Source: Penicillus capitatus (Eukaryota; Plantae; Chlorophyta). From it: DNA of 64,000 nucleotides. Below, one piece after another: positions 45,701 to 55,594 of this stretch. The notes beneath the pieces were generated by a model. It was not told the origin of the DNA and searched no databases. It was given only the letters and a program-made list of their open reading frames with translations. Made by a program: the position numbers and the translations under genes. How positions within the stretch are numbered: position 1 is the stretch's first letter; the number at the start of each line of letters is the position of its first letter. The stretch covers positions 1,291,101 through 1,355,100 of the forward strand of contig OZ287701.1 of assembly GCA_965649825.1 (NCBI GenBank). Reading direction: 5' to 3'.

Positions 45701-45890
45701 TACTACGAGCAAGGTTATCGACATACTGATCTATCCAGTCTCCGCCACCGCGGATGTTTTCCTGGATGCTTGTTAGAGTTTTATTCCGTAACTCTCTTAT
45801 TCCATCCTTCCAGCCGAACCATGCGCCGTGCGTGACGGCGGCATAGCATAGAACCCACAACAGCATTGGGAGCACTCGCTCCGAAACCAT
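42693..45890 (-). CDS. LTR element ORF1 (about 1065 aa): signal peptide, AAA+-like domain, env-like/TM region, Gag-like region, aspartic protease
   Basis: MVSERVLPMLLWVLCYAAVTHGA leader; hydrophobic W-rich segments 44290-44135; coiled coil; GHTCEQGHPMKGC knuckle-like motif; LLDSGA and ILG protease motifs. Confidence 0.88.
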   Translation of the reverse strand: MVSERVLPMLLWVLCYAAVTHGAWFGWKDGIRELRNKTLTSIQENIRGGGDWIDQYVDNLARSINDKVDNNFYDKATSTILYCTTSTCDSLVNGIKNEPSLQKSSCFKYIKPQSKSVDEARILQREIAVFVKECPNGIIFYDASEGITYEEANMLIMLLGEGSLVYWGGKPLLATGMSFFLLIPGTHSQTWEQKTLLDASRQKVHDLVCEDTHAEEDRRTIAGSARALRRRFEFAIPVAESKDGHDTDLPLETDPDAETYKLEYDEYEIPVEVSEDLFDEEAPQSEPGEGARSEQSEDQETEQELPPENVFNMHEMGDALPPEGGHSWTVFPDWGIEIDLPWPGYLNEMITSAVVGLTTHGVVNWMTNRDVRSTFSPASLLTTITVSVINNLQKSTLQGDLQLVSESLHDLNQFKNITLNGSSTDNQGQGPQGPQDAREQRGSDEWQHLNETLSNIRRTIDRISEHTESMRTALDDCICENQINGWGYNHGNETLLDRSLKWLTSARDNFVTWMWGTIWNRLGPRAIRNALVTGNGWQLLGTAMLFYKVVAWTLSVLRNIRKAIMHIWAVIQGIWWVCKLFWYICRRDWRRSQQLFLSQTVPPEQPDQHAPPEQPDQHAPPEQPDQHAPPEQPDQQAPPEQPDQQIQNQVRQIDASVPEEPGRARQGNEIRPDPLPETRQGPQSGHLFQSLMEGFQSFQEGFMRRAEELEERLVSRQGRLEEIMEASILTIGQRVEAIEDRAREQHPHDTSPESREATEPKQHAQALKSTNRRRNEGPTIPSTPVDQAPAKPPIGKGPTIKNVHKMLPNRKEDLSQFTRRMTKLLDRIDDPIKYAIATERIFNIANTEIQSRLRGLPWGDADNWTRVQRIIDECLQAERTVQNVVSLGQRHNVRPEYGHTCEQGHPMKGCPMTAEAFGTQRSGTVAQAIPDHNQSSRRMSQYNVPLSMEKITGKISCLLDSGAQTNILPAKLARKHNLVLKSTKIRTVTSFNNQTTNTCGEISLVCTLGNKGAEIPFVVCEGVQRPILGLRTLQAFKLQLNCDEDCVYDGEGNKILIHNVSVSKN
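42696..42702 (-). promoter_or_regulatory. -1 ribosomal frameshift slippery site A_AAA_AAC with downstream stem-loop
   Basis: TCA AAA AAC TGA ends ORF1; the -1 frame is open directly into pol; paired stem 42691-42650. Confidence 0.85.
45878..45889 (-). promoter_or_regulatory. Primer-binding site, iMet-tRNA-like
   Basis: TGGTTTCGGAGC immediately after the LTR; 10/12 match to the plant iMet PBS TGGTATCAGAGC. Confidence 0.7.
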
Positions 45891-46196
45891 GTCGCGTAGG
45901 GTTTTAGATGGAAACAATTTGAACGGTGGGCGCACGTAAACCTTTTGAAACGTAAAGTCTTACAAACGAAAGACAAGATCTGTACATTCACAATGCTTTT
46001 ATATGGTACTTTATTTTAAGTAACAAAGAAGGAATATTCTGCGAAGATTCCGGAATCTACTTGGAATCTGTGACGTAGAGCCGCGGGTCTATTTGTGGAT
46101 GGGAAGGTGTAGCGAACCTACGACCTGTCGCTTGGAGATCGACACAAGTGTAAGTAGATGAGCTCATTGTTAGGGGCGTGTTGGCTTAACACAACA
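45890..46196 (-). repeat. 5' LTR (307 bp)
   Basis: Identical by eye to 39384..39690; minus-strand AATAAA and TATAAAA (46003-45997). Confidence 0.97.
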
Positions 46197-46779
46197 CCGT
46201 CTGCTCGAGCGCGTCGGCGAGGGATCGTACGGGACGGTGAGGACAAGAGGGAGAGATGGAAGACGGCGGTGGGTGTCTAGGTGTTTAAGGGACGCTGTTC
46301 GGGCACGGGTCGCATCGTGGCACTGAAGTTCTTGTCCAAGGAGGGAAGGACATCCGATGACGTGACGTCTCTGAAGCGAGATCGAGAGTCTGCGGAGGTT
46401 GAAGCATCCACATGTGATCCAGCTGCTGGACAGTTTTGAGACCGATGGAGAGGTCTGTGTGGTGACCGGTGTTTGAGATCGGGGTCACACATTGTCAGCT
46501 CCTCACGGAATCGCCAAGAGTAGCGGACACCACGCCGGCGAACCATCCAGAAGACTTCTCGGAATTGAAGCTATTCTGGCACGAAACGGCCACAAAAATG
46601 TCTGATAAGACGTCTCAACTCAGATGAAGTGAACGCTTGGGACAAGCGGGCTGACCGATTAAACCAACATGTTAGACCGTATCACTCTGCGATCATCACC
46701 GTGCTATGGAATCAACCTTCGCTCCAACCATTAGAAGACAGGACCGCAACTCACGACTAATCGAGTGAACACGGGCCCC

Positions 46780-47290
46780 GTTGCCTTGCATTGACAGAGG
46801 AGCTGGAATTCTGGTTGAGCGAAAAGAACTCCTGGGTCGTGGCAATCTCAGATCCACCGTACCAACTCCGCTCCTGCGCCTCGTACAAGGCAACCGCCGG
46901 GTCTCCACCGAGTTAGCAAAAAACGACGGTGGTTTTTGATCCGACAAGACATCTAAGCTAAACTGTCTACCCGACCAGACGACGCTGAAAGAGCAGTAGC
47001 TATCACCATCAGACCTCCTCGATGCCAAACAGGACTCGTCCCCTCTTACGTACAACACACGGCAGTCGAGGGTCTGCCGGGCGTGGAAAAGTCGATTGCG
47101 AATCTCAAAACCAAAACTTGATCCTTATACTCTAAGACGGAAGTGGTTACTCGAAACCATCGTGTTCCCAAGCCAGCCAACAAAATCGGAATTCGGCGGG
47201 AGGCCGTCCTAGCCTCAACTGGCCTCGCCATCGTCAATGAAGCAGACTCTCAGAGAGGGACTGAGCTGTCTTGTCTGTCACAAAAGGGTT
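46780..47290 (+). mobile_element. Highly degenerate LINE endonuclease relic
   Basis: Fragments VVAISDPPY, ERAVAITIR..LVPSYVQ and AVLASTGLAIVNE align with VVAICEPPW, ERLAAVILR..LVSAYIQ and ISVMDELDFSLHNQ of the LINE at 25.3-25.9 kb; multiple stops. Confidence 0.6.
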
Positions 47291-47871
47291 GGACCAAAAT
47301 GGACAAGTCCTCTCTACTAGGCGAAAAAGCGCTTTGTCGTGTTCAGACGATGGCCCGAGCGACTGCTCTCATTCAAACGCGTACGTTTCTTCGCGCGGAC
47401 GAAGGAAGACGCAGTTGCTGTGGTTGCATAGTTTTGGGCAAAGTGCGAAGTTCAGCAGGAAAACTGTGGAATCGAAGGCAGAGGTTGACGATAACAGCGA
47501 TACGCGGGAAAGGAGATTACGAGGAGTTGTGTTCCGATAATGAACCTGCATTCTTTGGACCTTCTTTTTTTGAGCACGAACTGCAAACCCATGCAGAGCA
47601 ACACCGACAACAATAAGCTACACAGCTGAACAGAGCGCAGCCCTGTGCCAGTCCATGATGGCATGGCCTGCCTTTGCACCACCACCACCACCACAAGATT
47701 GCTCGAATGAAGTGACGACGCATGAGCACGTTGCCGATTCGGATGCGGCTGCGCTCTTCGTGCAACGTATGTCCGCACAGCACTCTTTTGCACTGTATTT
47801 ACACTTTCTGTACGCAATGACCGAAAAGAACCATTTTTCAAGCGTTGCGTCCTGCTGTGGGAGCTTCGAAG

Positions 47872-49239
47872 ATGCCGACCGACTGGATGCGCCGACGTCT
47901 CGAACGTCACATCATTACGCGTAAGATGGATGTCGTGAAGCTCCGACTCGGTCGACCGGGAGGAATCATCGCGACACGACCTCTGCGGAGTCGCCGGCGC
48001 GTCACGGTCTGCGTCTCGGCAGCCAATAGAGAAAAAGACAGGAGGTCGGTCGAAATGGTCGGATTGGGGAATCTCTGCATCGATGTCCGTCTAGCAGTGT
48101 CCCGTTTACCCCGTCAACACCAAGGATGGCGCCATACGTTTATGCAAGAATTCCTTCAACATCCTCCTGTGCACGCCATCTACGAACCGGGTGGTATTAT
48201 GAACACCCTCATTGCTGGATCGCGCCTGGGATTGGACGCAATGGCTGTGGGACGTATGGGCATGGACGATCATGGGAGATTCTGTCGAACCTGTCTGAAA
48301 CAAGAAGGCATTCCGTATGTCAATGGATTTGATGTGGAGCCTCGACGTTATCTAACACCACACTCTTTGGTGAATGAGACGTCTGTGTGTCTTGTCATTG
48401 TCGATTCTTCGCAGCGTCATCTATTCTGTAGTACATTTGAAGTGGAGCCGGGGCCCGTCTTCCATCACCCTTCTAATCTCACTGCTCTCGCGTTGCAACA
48501 GATTCGAGAGGCAAAGGCGCTGTTCATGAATGGCTATGTATTTCAAGAATGCAGTGGCGAAATGCTGAAGTTTGCTTTCGACGAGGCGATCCAGGCCCAG
48601 ACGGCGACGTTTTTTGATCCTGGGCCTTACGGAACAAAAATGGCCAACGGATCGGCCGAACGACGCAGAGAGCTGCAAGAGATCATGCATCGATCGCACG
48701 TTGTCCTGGCAACGGAAGAGGAGGCAATGGCAGTGACAGCGACGTCCGATGCGATAGAGGCAGGACGGAAGATGATGCAGCACCCCAACAGCGTCACGCA
48801 ATGGGTGGTGATCAAACTGGGCGCCAAGGGATCGCTGTTTTTACAGAGAGACGTCGCAGAAGTGAAATACACAGCTGGGTATCCAGTACATGTGTCAGAT
48901 ACCGTTGGCTGTGGTGACAGCTTTGGTGCTGCTGTTGTCTACGGTTATCTCCGTCGTCAAGGAGAGAGGCCCGACGGTGTGATGGAACTGGCCAATGCGA
49001 TCGGTGCTATGACGGCAACGAAACAGGGCGCCGGTCGAAATGTCGCCAATCTGGATGATGTGAAGGCTCTACTGGAGAGACAACTGAAAGGATGCGCCGG
49101 CAGCAATGGTCACGTCGGTGTGGGGGCAGCGATAGATTTGTTACAGATGGGAGAGCACAAGCATCAGAGCCATCAAGATCACCACAATTATGCAGATCCT
49201 TCACTTACGTTTCAAACACAACAGAGATGCTTTGGCTGA
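47872..49239 (+). CDS. PfkB/ribokinase-family kinase with transit-peptide-like N-terminus (plastid nucleoside kinase-like), intronless
   Basis: VGLGNLCIDV, GG..N..IAGSRLG, FFDPGP, VVIKLGAKGS, DTVGCGDSF (PfkB signature 2). Start 47872 or 47926. Confidence 0.93.
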   Translation: MPTDWMRRRLERHIITRKMDVVKLRLGRPGGIIATRPLRSRRRVTVCVSAANREKDRRSVEMVGLGNLCIDVRLAVSRLPRQHQGWRHTFMQEFLQHPPVHAIYEPGGIMNTLIAGSRLGLDAMAVGRMGMDDHGRFCRTCLKQEGIPYVNGFDVEPRRYLTPHSLVNETSVCLVIVDSSQRHLFCSTFEVEPGPVFHHPSNLTALALQQIREAKALFMNGYVFQECSGEMLKFAFDEAIQAQTATFFDPGPYGTKMANGSAERRRELQEIMHRSHVVLATEEEAMAVTATSDAIEAGRKMMQHPNSVTQWVVIKLGAKGSLFLQRDVAEVKYTAGYPVHVSDTVGCGDSFGAAVVYGYLRRQGERPDGVMELANAIGAMTATKQGAGRNVANLDDVKALLERQLKGCAGSNGHVGVGAAIDLLQMGEHKHQSHQDHHNYADPSLTFQTQQRCFG

Positions 49240-49707
49240 TGGCGATCTGTCTTGAAGAAGAGACATTTCTGTATTGTGTGTGAGATTTGTGTGACGTGGA
49301 CGAGCGGCTACGGTTTGGTCGTGGCAAGAAGCAATCCATCTCAATTGACGTCATCGTGAACGAACGAACGAACTGCCTGTCTGAGTGTCTGACGTTGTGA
49401 CTCTATGTTTTGTAATTACAGTCCCCGGCCGTCTGCAACAATGATCGTCGTCATCATCACTCATGAATGGACCGTGTGCCAGAACGATGGATACATTCTG
49501 GCGGCTGATGCGTTTAGGGCGTATCGTGATGATCATGCGGTCTGCTCTCTTCTCTCTCATCTCGTTGGTCGTTGCGATCGTCGTTGGCAGTAGCTACGGT
49601 GTCTGCTGCCCCGATGTCTTCAGGGGCGGTCTGCGGGGAGTAACTGGGAGATGTCGGACCAAGCTCTGTGCGAACAAACATACACAGGATTGCATGGAGG
49701 GCGGTGA

Positions 49708-52700
49708 TCAAAATGCCGAACCTGGTATGGAAGGCGAGGATGGACTGTATCCCGGACTGGTAGGAGAGTATCCAGGCGATCTCCCACTCCCTGGCATCTG
49801 CGGTGTGTAACTCGGCGATGTGACCCGACCGGTTGAATGAGGACTGTAGTCCGGTGAGCTGAACTGCCTGGAGCCAGGAGGGGAGTAAGGAGAAGATCCA
49901 CCGCTGTCCCGAGTCATTGGCCTTCCAATCTGATTCGGTGCAAAGGACGGCGAAGAAGGAGAGTATCCAGGCGACTTTCTCGCACCATGCATCTGAGGAG
50001 AGTACGAAGGCGATCCCACCGAAACACCAGGAGATGTCGGTGTGTATCCCGTTTGAGGGGATGTGGATCGATTGGCTGCCGGAGAGTAACCAGGCGACGT
50101 CGGCGAGTAGTTTGGACTGGTAGGGGAGACACTCGGACTGGTGGGAGAATATCGCGGTCCTCGCGAGGAGTAAGTAGGACTGACAGGAGAGGTGTTCGTT
50201 CGAGGACTCGATGCCAGAAATGACGGAACGCCAGGGGAAGTCTGTGGCTGCTGGGGTGAGTAGCCAGGAGACGTCGGCGAGTAGCCACGTGCATCGGCAT
50301 ACGTCATTGGCGAAGTGGGAGACAGTCCAGGAGATGCTGGATTGTATGCGATGGCTCCGGGAGATCGTGGCGACATCGGAATGCAATTCGGACTGCCCGG
50401 CATGTAGCTGCCCGTCATCTGGTTGACAGAAGAGAGCATCGATCCGGGAGACTGTGGACTGCCAGGGGACCATCCAGGAGAGGTATAGTAGTTCCTCGTT
50501 GGCGAGAAGGAAGGACTGGCGACCGGAGCTGGCGAGAATTCGATACCTTCCACCATTGGAGATGTCAGATGAAAACCAGAATCGGCAAGAAACGAAGGGC
50601 CAGGGGTGAACGGTGCGAGACGGGGAGACATGGCATTCATGCGAACGTTGGGTGCCGTCGAGAGGTCTGCCACGTCGTATCCAATTTTCTCAGCCTCCAT
50701 CGCTTCCATCAGCAGCTCTTCGTTGAGCATAAGATCGAAACATCCCGTTCCCAAAGGACACAGCTGACCCAGCATGATATTCTCGGAGACGCCCTTCATG
50801 GTATCTCTCTCGGCATAGATCGCCGCCCTCAACAGAATCTCGACCGTCTCTTCGAAGGAACACTGTGCCCACGGAGATTTCTCCGTTCGGTTGATGCCGT
50901 GACGTGTGATCGCCATCACGTACCCACGAAACGTCATCATATCACAGAGAATCGCCAGATGACGGTAGTTCACATAGGACCCATCGAATTCAATGACACC
51001 TCTGAGTTCCTTCAGCAGTGCCGCACGGACGGCCTCGATGCCCAACACCTCCAGGACTTCGATAAGATGATTGCTGAGTGTTCTGGTGTAATCCACGCCT
51101 TCTTGGCAGAGAACCTCTCTCAGATTGACGCCTTCGGTGTCCAGAAGATACTCTTCGCGTTCCTTAAATGTCCCGTCCTCTTCATCGAAGGCTTTGGATT
51201 TTTCGGCCCGGATGAACACGCGATGGATATCTTGCACGCCTTGGAGCTCCATTTCCATCAGCAATCCTTCCAGTCGACGCAGGGCCTCGTTAAAATCGGT
51301 GTCCTGTTGCGTATAGTCGGTGCTCTTGCCCGTCTCGTCTCCGCAGATGATCCGAATCCTCAACACCAGTTCATCGGCATTGTCGTCCGTGTGAATGAGG
51401 TAAAGAAAATCGCCGTAGAGGGCACTCATCTTTCCAGCAATTTTCTCCATCGTCAGATTCTTATCCAACATCATTTCTTTGTTCAGCACAATACGCAGAA
51501 CCCACAACGAGATGCTGTTCACATTGAGGCCCTCGGTGTCACCCAGAATATAGTAATCGGCCAGCCATTCCTTATCCTCTGGCACCACTGTGGTGTAGAT
51601 ATCCGGATCATACCAGATCTCTGCCACCTGGACCACGTTTTTGAGCTTGGTAAATTCCAGCTGGCACTGTACGGCCTTGGCTGCTTCTTTGTCATCCTGT
51701 GCCTCGCCTAGGAGGTAGACAGATAGAGAGGGGGTCTTGATATTCTTGGCCACGTTAATGATCTCTGTTAGACGAGGGACACCCAACGTCACGTTCTTGG
51801 CTGAGACACCAGCATAGTGAAAGGTATTCAGCGTCATCTGCGTTGTCGGTTCGCCGACGGACTGCGCTGCAATGGTGCCGATGCACTCTCCTGGATGTGC
51901 CTTGGCGGCATGAAACTTCGTTATGATCTCGCCCATCACCCAGTCGAACGCCTGTTGCGTCAGTTTAAATTCTCTGAGGACGCGTTTGGAGGCGAGGATG
52001 CCGCGGACATGGCACATAAAGAGGAACACCGCATCGTACTGCGATTCGGCTGTGGGTGGCTCTTCTGGTGTCAGTCCAGCAATTTTCTTGTCCATCTCCT
52101 GGACAGCTTGGATCACATGAGCAGGACTGAAGGCTGGAGGGGGACCCCTTGTCTTGACATTAAACATCCTCTGGGCATTCCAGATCAATCTCTTGATATG
52201 GACGGGCAGATGCACACGGGTATCCCCATCCGGCAGCACGCGTTTTCTCAAGATCTCCAGATCCTGTTTCAGTTTTTCCTGCTCCTGTTCCAACAGGACA
52301 CGCAGATCGCTCTTCTTGGCATCCCGCCAGATGGTGGGGTCCATGTAGGAAGGACAGTGATCCTGATCGATATTGATCACGTACATTCTTTCAAACAGCT
52401 TTCTCTCCATACCATAGTGCTCAAGCTTCTGCACTTCGATAAAGGCGCCGTCCATTCCGTCTTCTCCATAGAGAAACTGCACCACTTCGCCGGAGGAGTT
52501 GCGAACGGTGCCATCGTATCGGATCATCAAATCCTCCATGGCCTTGACAAGACGTCGCTGAATGTACCCAGTGCTCGATGTCTTGACGGCGGTGTCGATG
52601 AGACCTTCTCGTCCACCCATGGCATGAAAGAAAAACTCCACAGGCGTCAATCCCTTGCAATAGGAGTTGCCAACAAATCCTCGGCTTTCGGGTCCAAAGT

Positions 52701-55218
52701 CTTCCTTCATAAAATGCGGCAGCGTACGTTGCTGGAAACCGAATGGAATCCGTTTTCCCTCCACGTTCTGTTGCCCGACGCACGCTGTCATCTGCGAAAT
52801 GTTGATGAAGGATCCTTTAGATCCAGCCTGAACCATCTTGACCACGTTGTTCGAGTACTTTAGACTCTCCTGTGCCTTCTTCCCTGCGTCATCTCTCGCT
52901 TTGTTCAGCACCTCATTCACGCGATGCTCAAATGAGCCCATCACGGTGTGACCAGGCAGCAGCTCCAACGTTCCGTTTTGAAACTTCTCAATCAGATCTC
53001 GCACTTCAGACTTGGCTGTCTCAATGATCTTATTGATCGAGAGCATGGTTGCATCGTCCGAGATGGTATCTCCAATGCCAATACTGAAACCCGAATGCAG
53101 CAGCCAGTGATTCACGGCATATTGCATATTGTCAAGGAATCTCCGTGTCTGATCGGGACCCTTCTCCATCCAAATGATGTGCACCAGACCACCAGCTGTC
53201 GGTCCCAGTGTCTTCTTGCACAGAGTGCCTGTCAGGAGTTCCCCTCCCTGAATCAGCACTTGAGTGTCTTCGGGAGAGACATCCTCCACTTCGCCTCTCT
53301 TGTTGTACCAACTCGCTTCGCGTCTGGCATTGATATCTGGCATAAGAATGGAAACCACCTGTTTTCCAGCCCACAGCGGTACATCTCCTCCAGGAGCTTT
53401 GAGAATCGTCGGACACGGGATCTGTCCATTCCATTCCTCCAAATGACATAAGATGCTCATAAAGAGCTCGCGATTCATAAATGTATCCCGTTGGGTCATC
53501 AGTCGTGCACCCAGCAGAGCATCTTGGACGATACCGATGACAGGTTTGTTGGCCTGAGGCGATACAATCATCTTGGGCACCATCATGAGTTCCATCGTCT
53601 CGGCACGTGCCTCCTCCGACTGAGGCAAATGCATGTTCATCTCATCGCCGTCGAAATCTGCATTGTACGGTGATGTGACTGATAGACTCAGACGAAACGT
53701 GGAGTAGGGGAGGATCTTGACCCTGTGTCCCATCATCGACATCTTGTGCAACGACGGTTGGCGATTGAACAGCACGACATCTCCGTCCATCATGTGTCTC
53801 TCCACTTTGTATCCCACTTCCAGATGTTTCTCGTTGTCTCTCTTTAAGTACCGAAGGTCCAATCGTCGACCGTCGTCTCGGATCACATACTTTGCCCCAC
53901 ATTCTCCCGGAGGCGGATGCGGCCCATTCTCCACCAGCTTCTTCAATTTCTCATAGTTAAAGGGCGTCACCGTTTCGGGAAAGGTCATGTTGAGAGCGAT
54001 GGTCCAAGGGACACCCACCTCGTCAATGCCGATATTGGCGTCGCCCGAGATGACGGTCCGTGCCGAGAAATCCACTCTCTTGCCCATAAGGTTTCCTCGA
54101 ATTCTGCCATCTTTGCCCTTGAGTCTCTGACTGATGGATTTAATCGGTCGTCCCGATCTTTGATTCGATCGCGGAATACCTGGCAACGTATTATCGATAT
54201 ACGTCGTGATATGAAACTGCAGCAGGTCTGAGAATTCATTGATAATATGCTGCGGAGCGCCGTTCTGCTCCTGTCTCTTGAGGTCATTGTTCGAACGAAT
54301 GATTTCTGCCAGCTTGTGTGTCAAATCATCTTCACATCTGGCAGAGCTGTCCATCATGACGGATGGCCGAACAGGTGGCGGCGGAACTGGCAAGACGGTT
54401 AGAATGAACCAATCCGGCCTTGAGTGCTGTACATTGAATCCCAGTGCTTCATAGTCCTCATCCGGCACTTTCTTCAGGATTTCGTAGGCGTGGCTGGCAG
54501 AGAGCTCCTGTTTGCGTTCGTTCTCTCCCAGCTCTTCCTGTTTGACTTTCTCAAAATCGACATGGATCTTTGTACCCGTCAATCGATACTTTGGCTGAGG
54601 ACCGCCGCTGAAGATGTCGACGCTCTTCGTGCCGCAGATCGATGCAAAGTATCGCAGACGGGCGTTTGGATCTTTCATACGCAAAGCGGCAGGATATCTC
54701 TCATCTTCCTACAAACAAAAGTGTGATAAGATCCCGACATTCTCACTCTTCTTTACTTGTTTATCAATCAACAGCTTCGATGAATGATATCCCACACAGC
54801 GCAGTACTTTGAGAACCGTTTTGAGGAAACCGACATGATACATGGGCTTCGCCAATTCGATGTGACCAAAGTACCCTTGAATGGACGGACACTGTCATCA
54901 TCCATGTATAGACGCATGCCATGAGAACACCTGGGCAGTCTTGAACACCACAACCGTCTTTCTGGCACTTGATGTTGCGGTCCATCGTTCCCAGTCGTGG
55001 ATCACTGAGGCCTCCTTTCTTTGGCTTACCCGAGACGAAGGTCTCCGGACTGTCGATTCGAGCAACGGAGTACTTGCGCTGTGTACAAACGTATGCTGAA
55101 GGGGGCACGGGTGGCGAAGGAGACAGACCAGCACTTCGGGCGAAAAGACGGAGAACTGAACGCCCGTGACGCGCTTGACGGATGCCGTCGAGAGCTCAAA
55201 GCGATCGTATGTCGTCAT
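49708..55218 (-). CDS. RPB1: RNA polymerase II largest subunit
   Basis: [32 protein letters not shown] catalytic motif, [15 protein letters not shown]-rich CTD. Three introns in the 5' region, then one exon of about 5 kb. Confidence 0.99.
49711..50570 (-). repeat. Degenerate RPB1 CTD heptad region
   Basis: Scattered YSPTSPG/S/N units with many insertions. Confidence 0.9.
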
Positions 55219-55594
55219 GGTGATCTCCTACGCGCCTCCGTTGCAATAGAAGACGATGCGAGTGCAGCGTAAACTTTGGGCAGCGACTGATGCGATGCCA
55301 CGCACAAGAATGGCAAACGTTCGATAGATCGTCGAAAACGCGTCTGGATGAACGTCCATTTAGACCACCGTCGCTGACGGCATTGTCTCTCGCGTTTTTT
55401 CAGCGCCAGGTGCTCGAGCAAAGTGTGAGATGGCGTGAGAATGTGTGACGAAGAGGTTGTAGCTGAGGTAACTGCTATTGTGTTCTGTTGCTCGGTGATG
55501 ACCAAATATATATACGCTAATCTGATGAACCCTGATGTCAATCTCGGTTTCCTTTCCTGAGAGCACATGTTTTCTGTACGTGCGTGAATTCGCT

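Larger units (their letters stand above)
39384..46196 (-). mobile_element. Full-length Ty3/gypsy LTR retrotransposon (6813 bp), apparently intact
   Basis: TG..CA LTRs, 4-bp TSD CCGT (39380-39383 and 46197-46200), PBS, purine-rich tract, two intact ORFs, order PR-RT-RH-IN. Confidence 0.97.
30433..46515 (-). repeat. Arm A of inverted segmental duplication (interrupted by the LTR element)
   Basis: Reverse-complement homology to 59310..64000 across the NACHT gene, its small introns and Fused exons 1-2; similarity stops near 46515. Confidence 0.92.
39369..46515 (+). pseudogene. Truncated duplicate of Fused kinase exons 1-2 (39369-39383 plus 46197-46515), split by the LTR element
   Basis: ATG GAG CGC TAC CGT | element | CCGT CTG CTC GAG CGC GTC GGC GAG GGA TCG TAC ([15 protein letters not shown]). 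2-nt deletion near 46377; homology ends inside intron 2. Confidence 0.92.

Noticed and set aside
49514-52863. Long alternate-frame or antisense ORFs (319, 380, 348 aa)
   Set aside because: Shadows of RPB1 and its low-complexity CTD.
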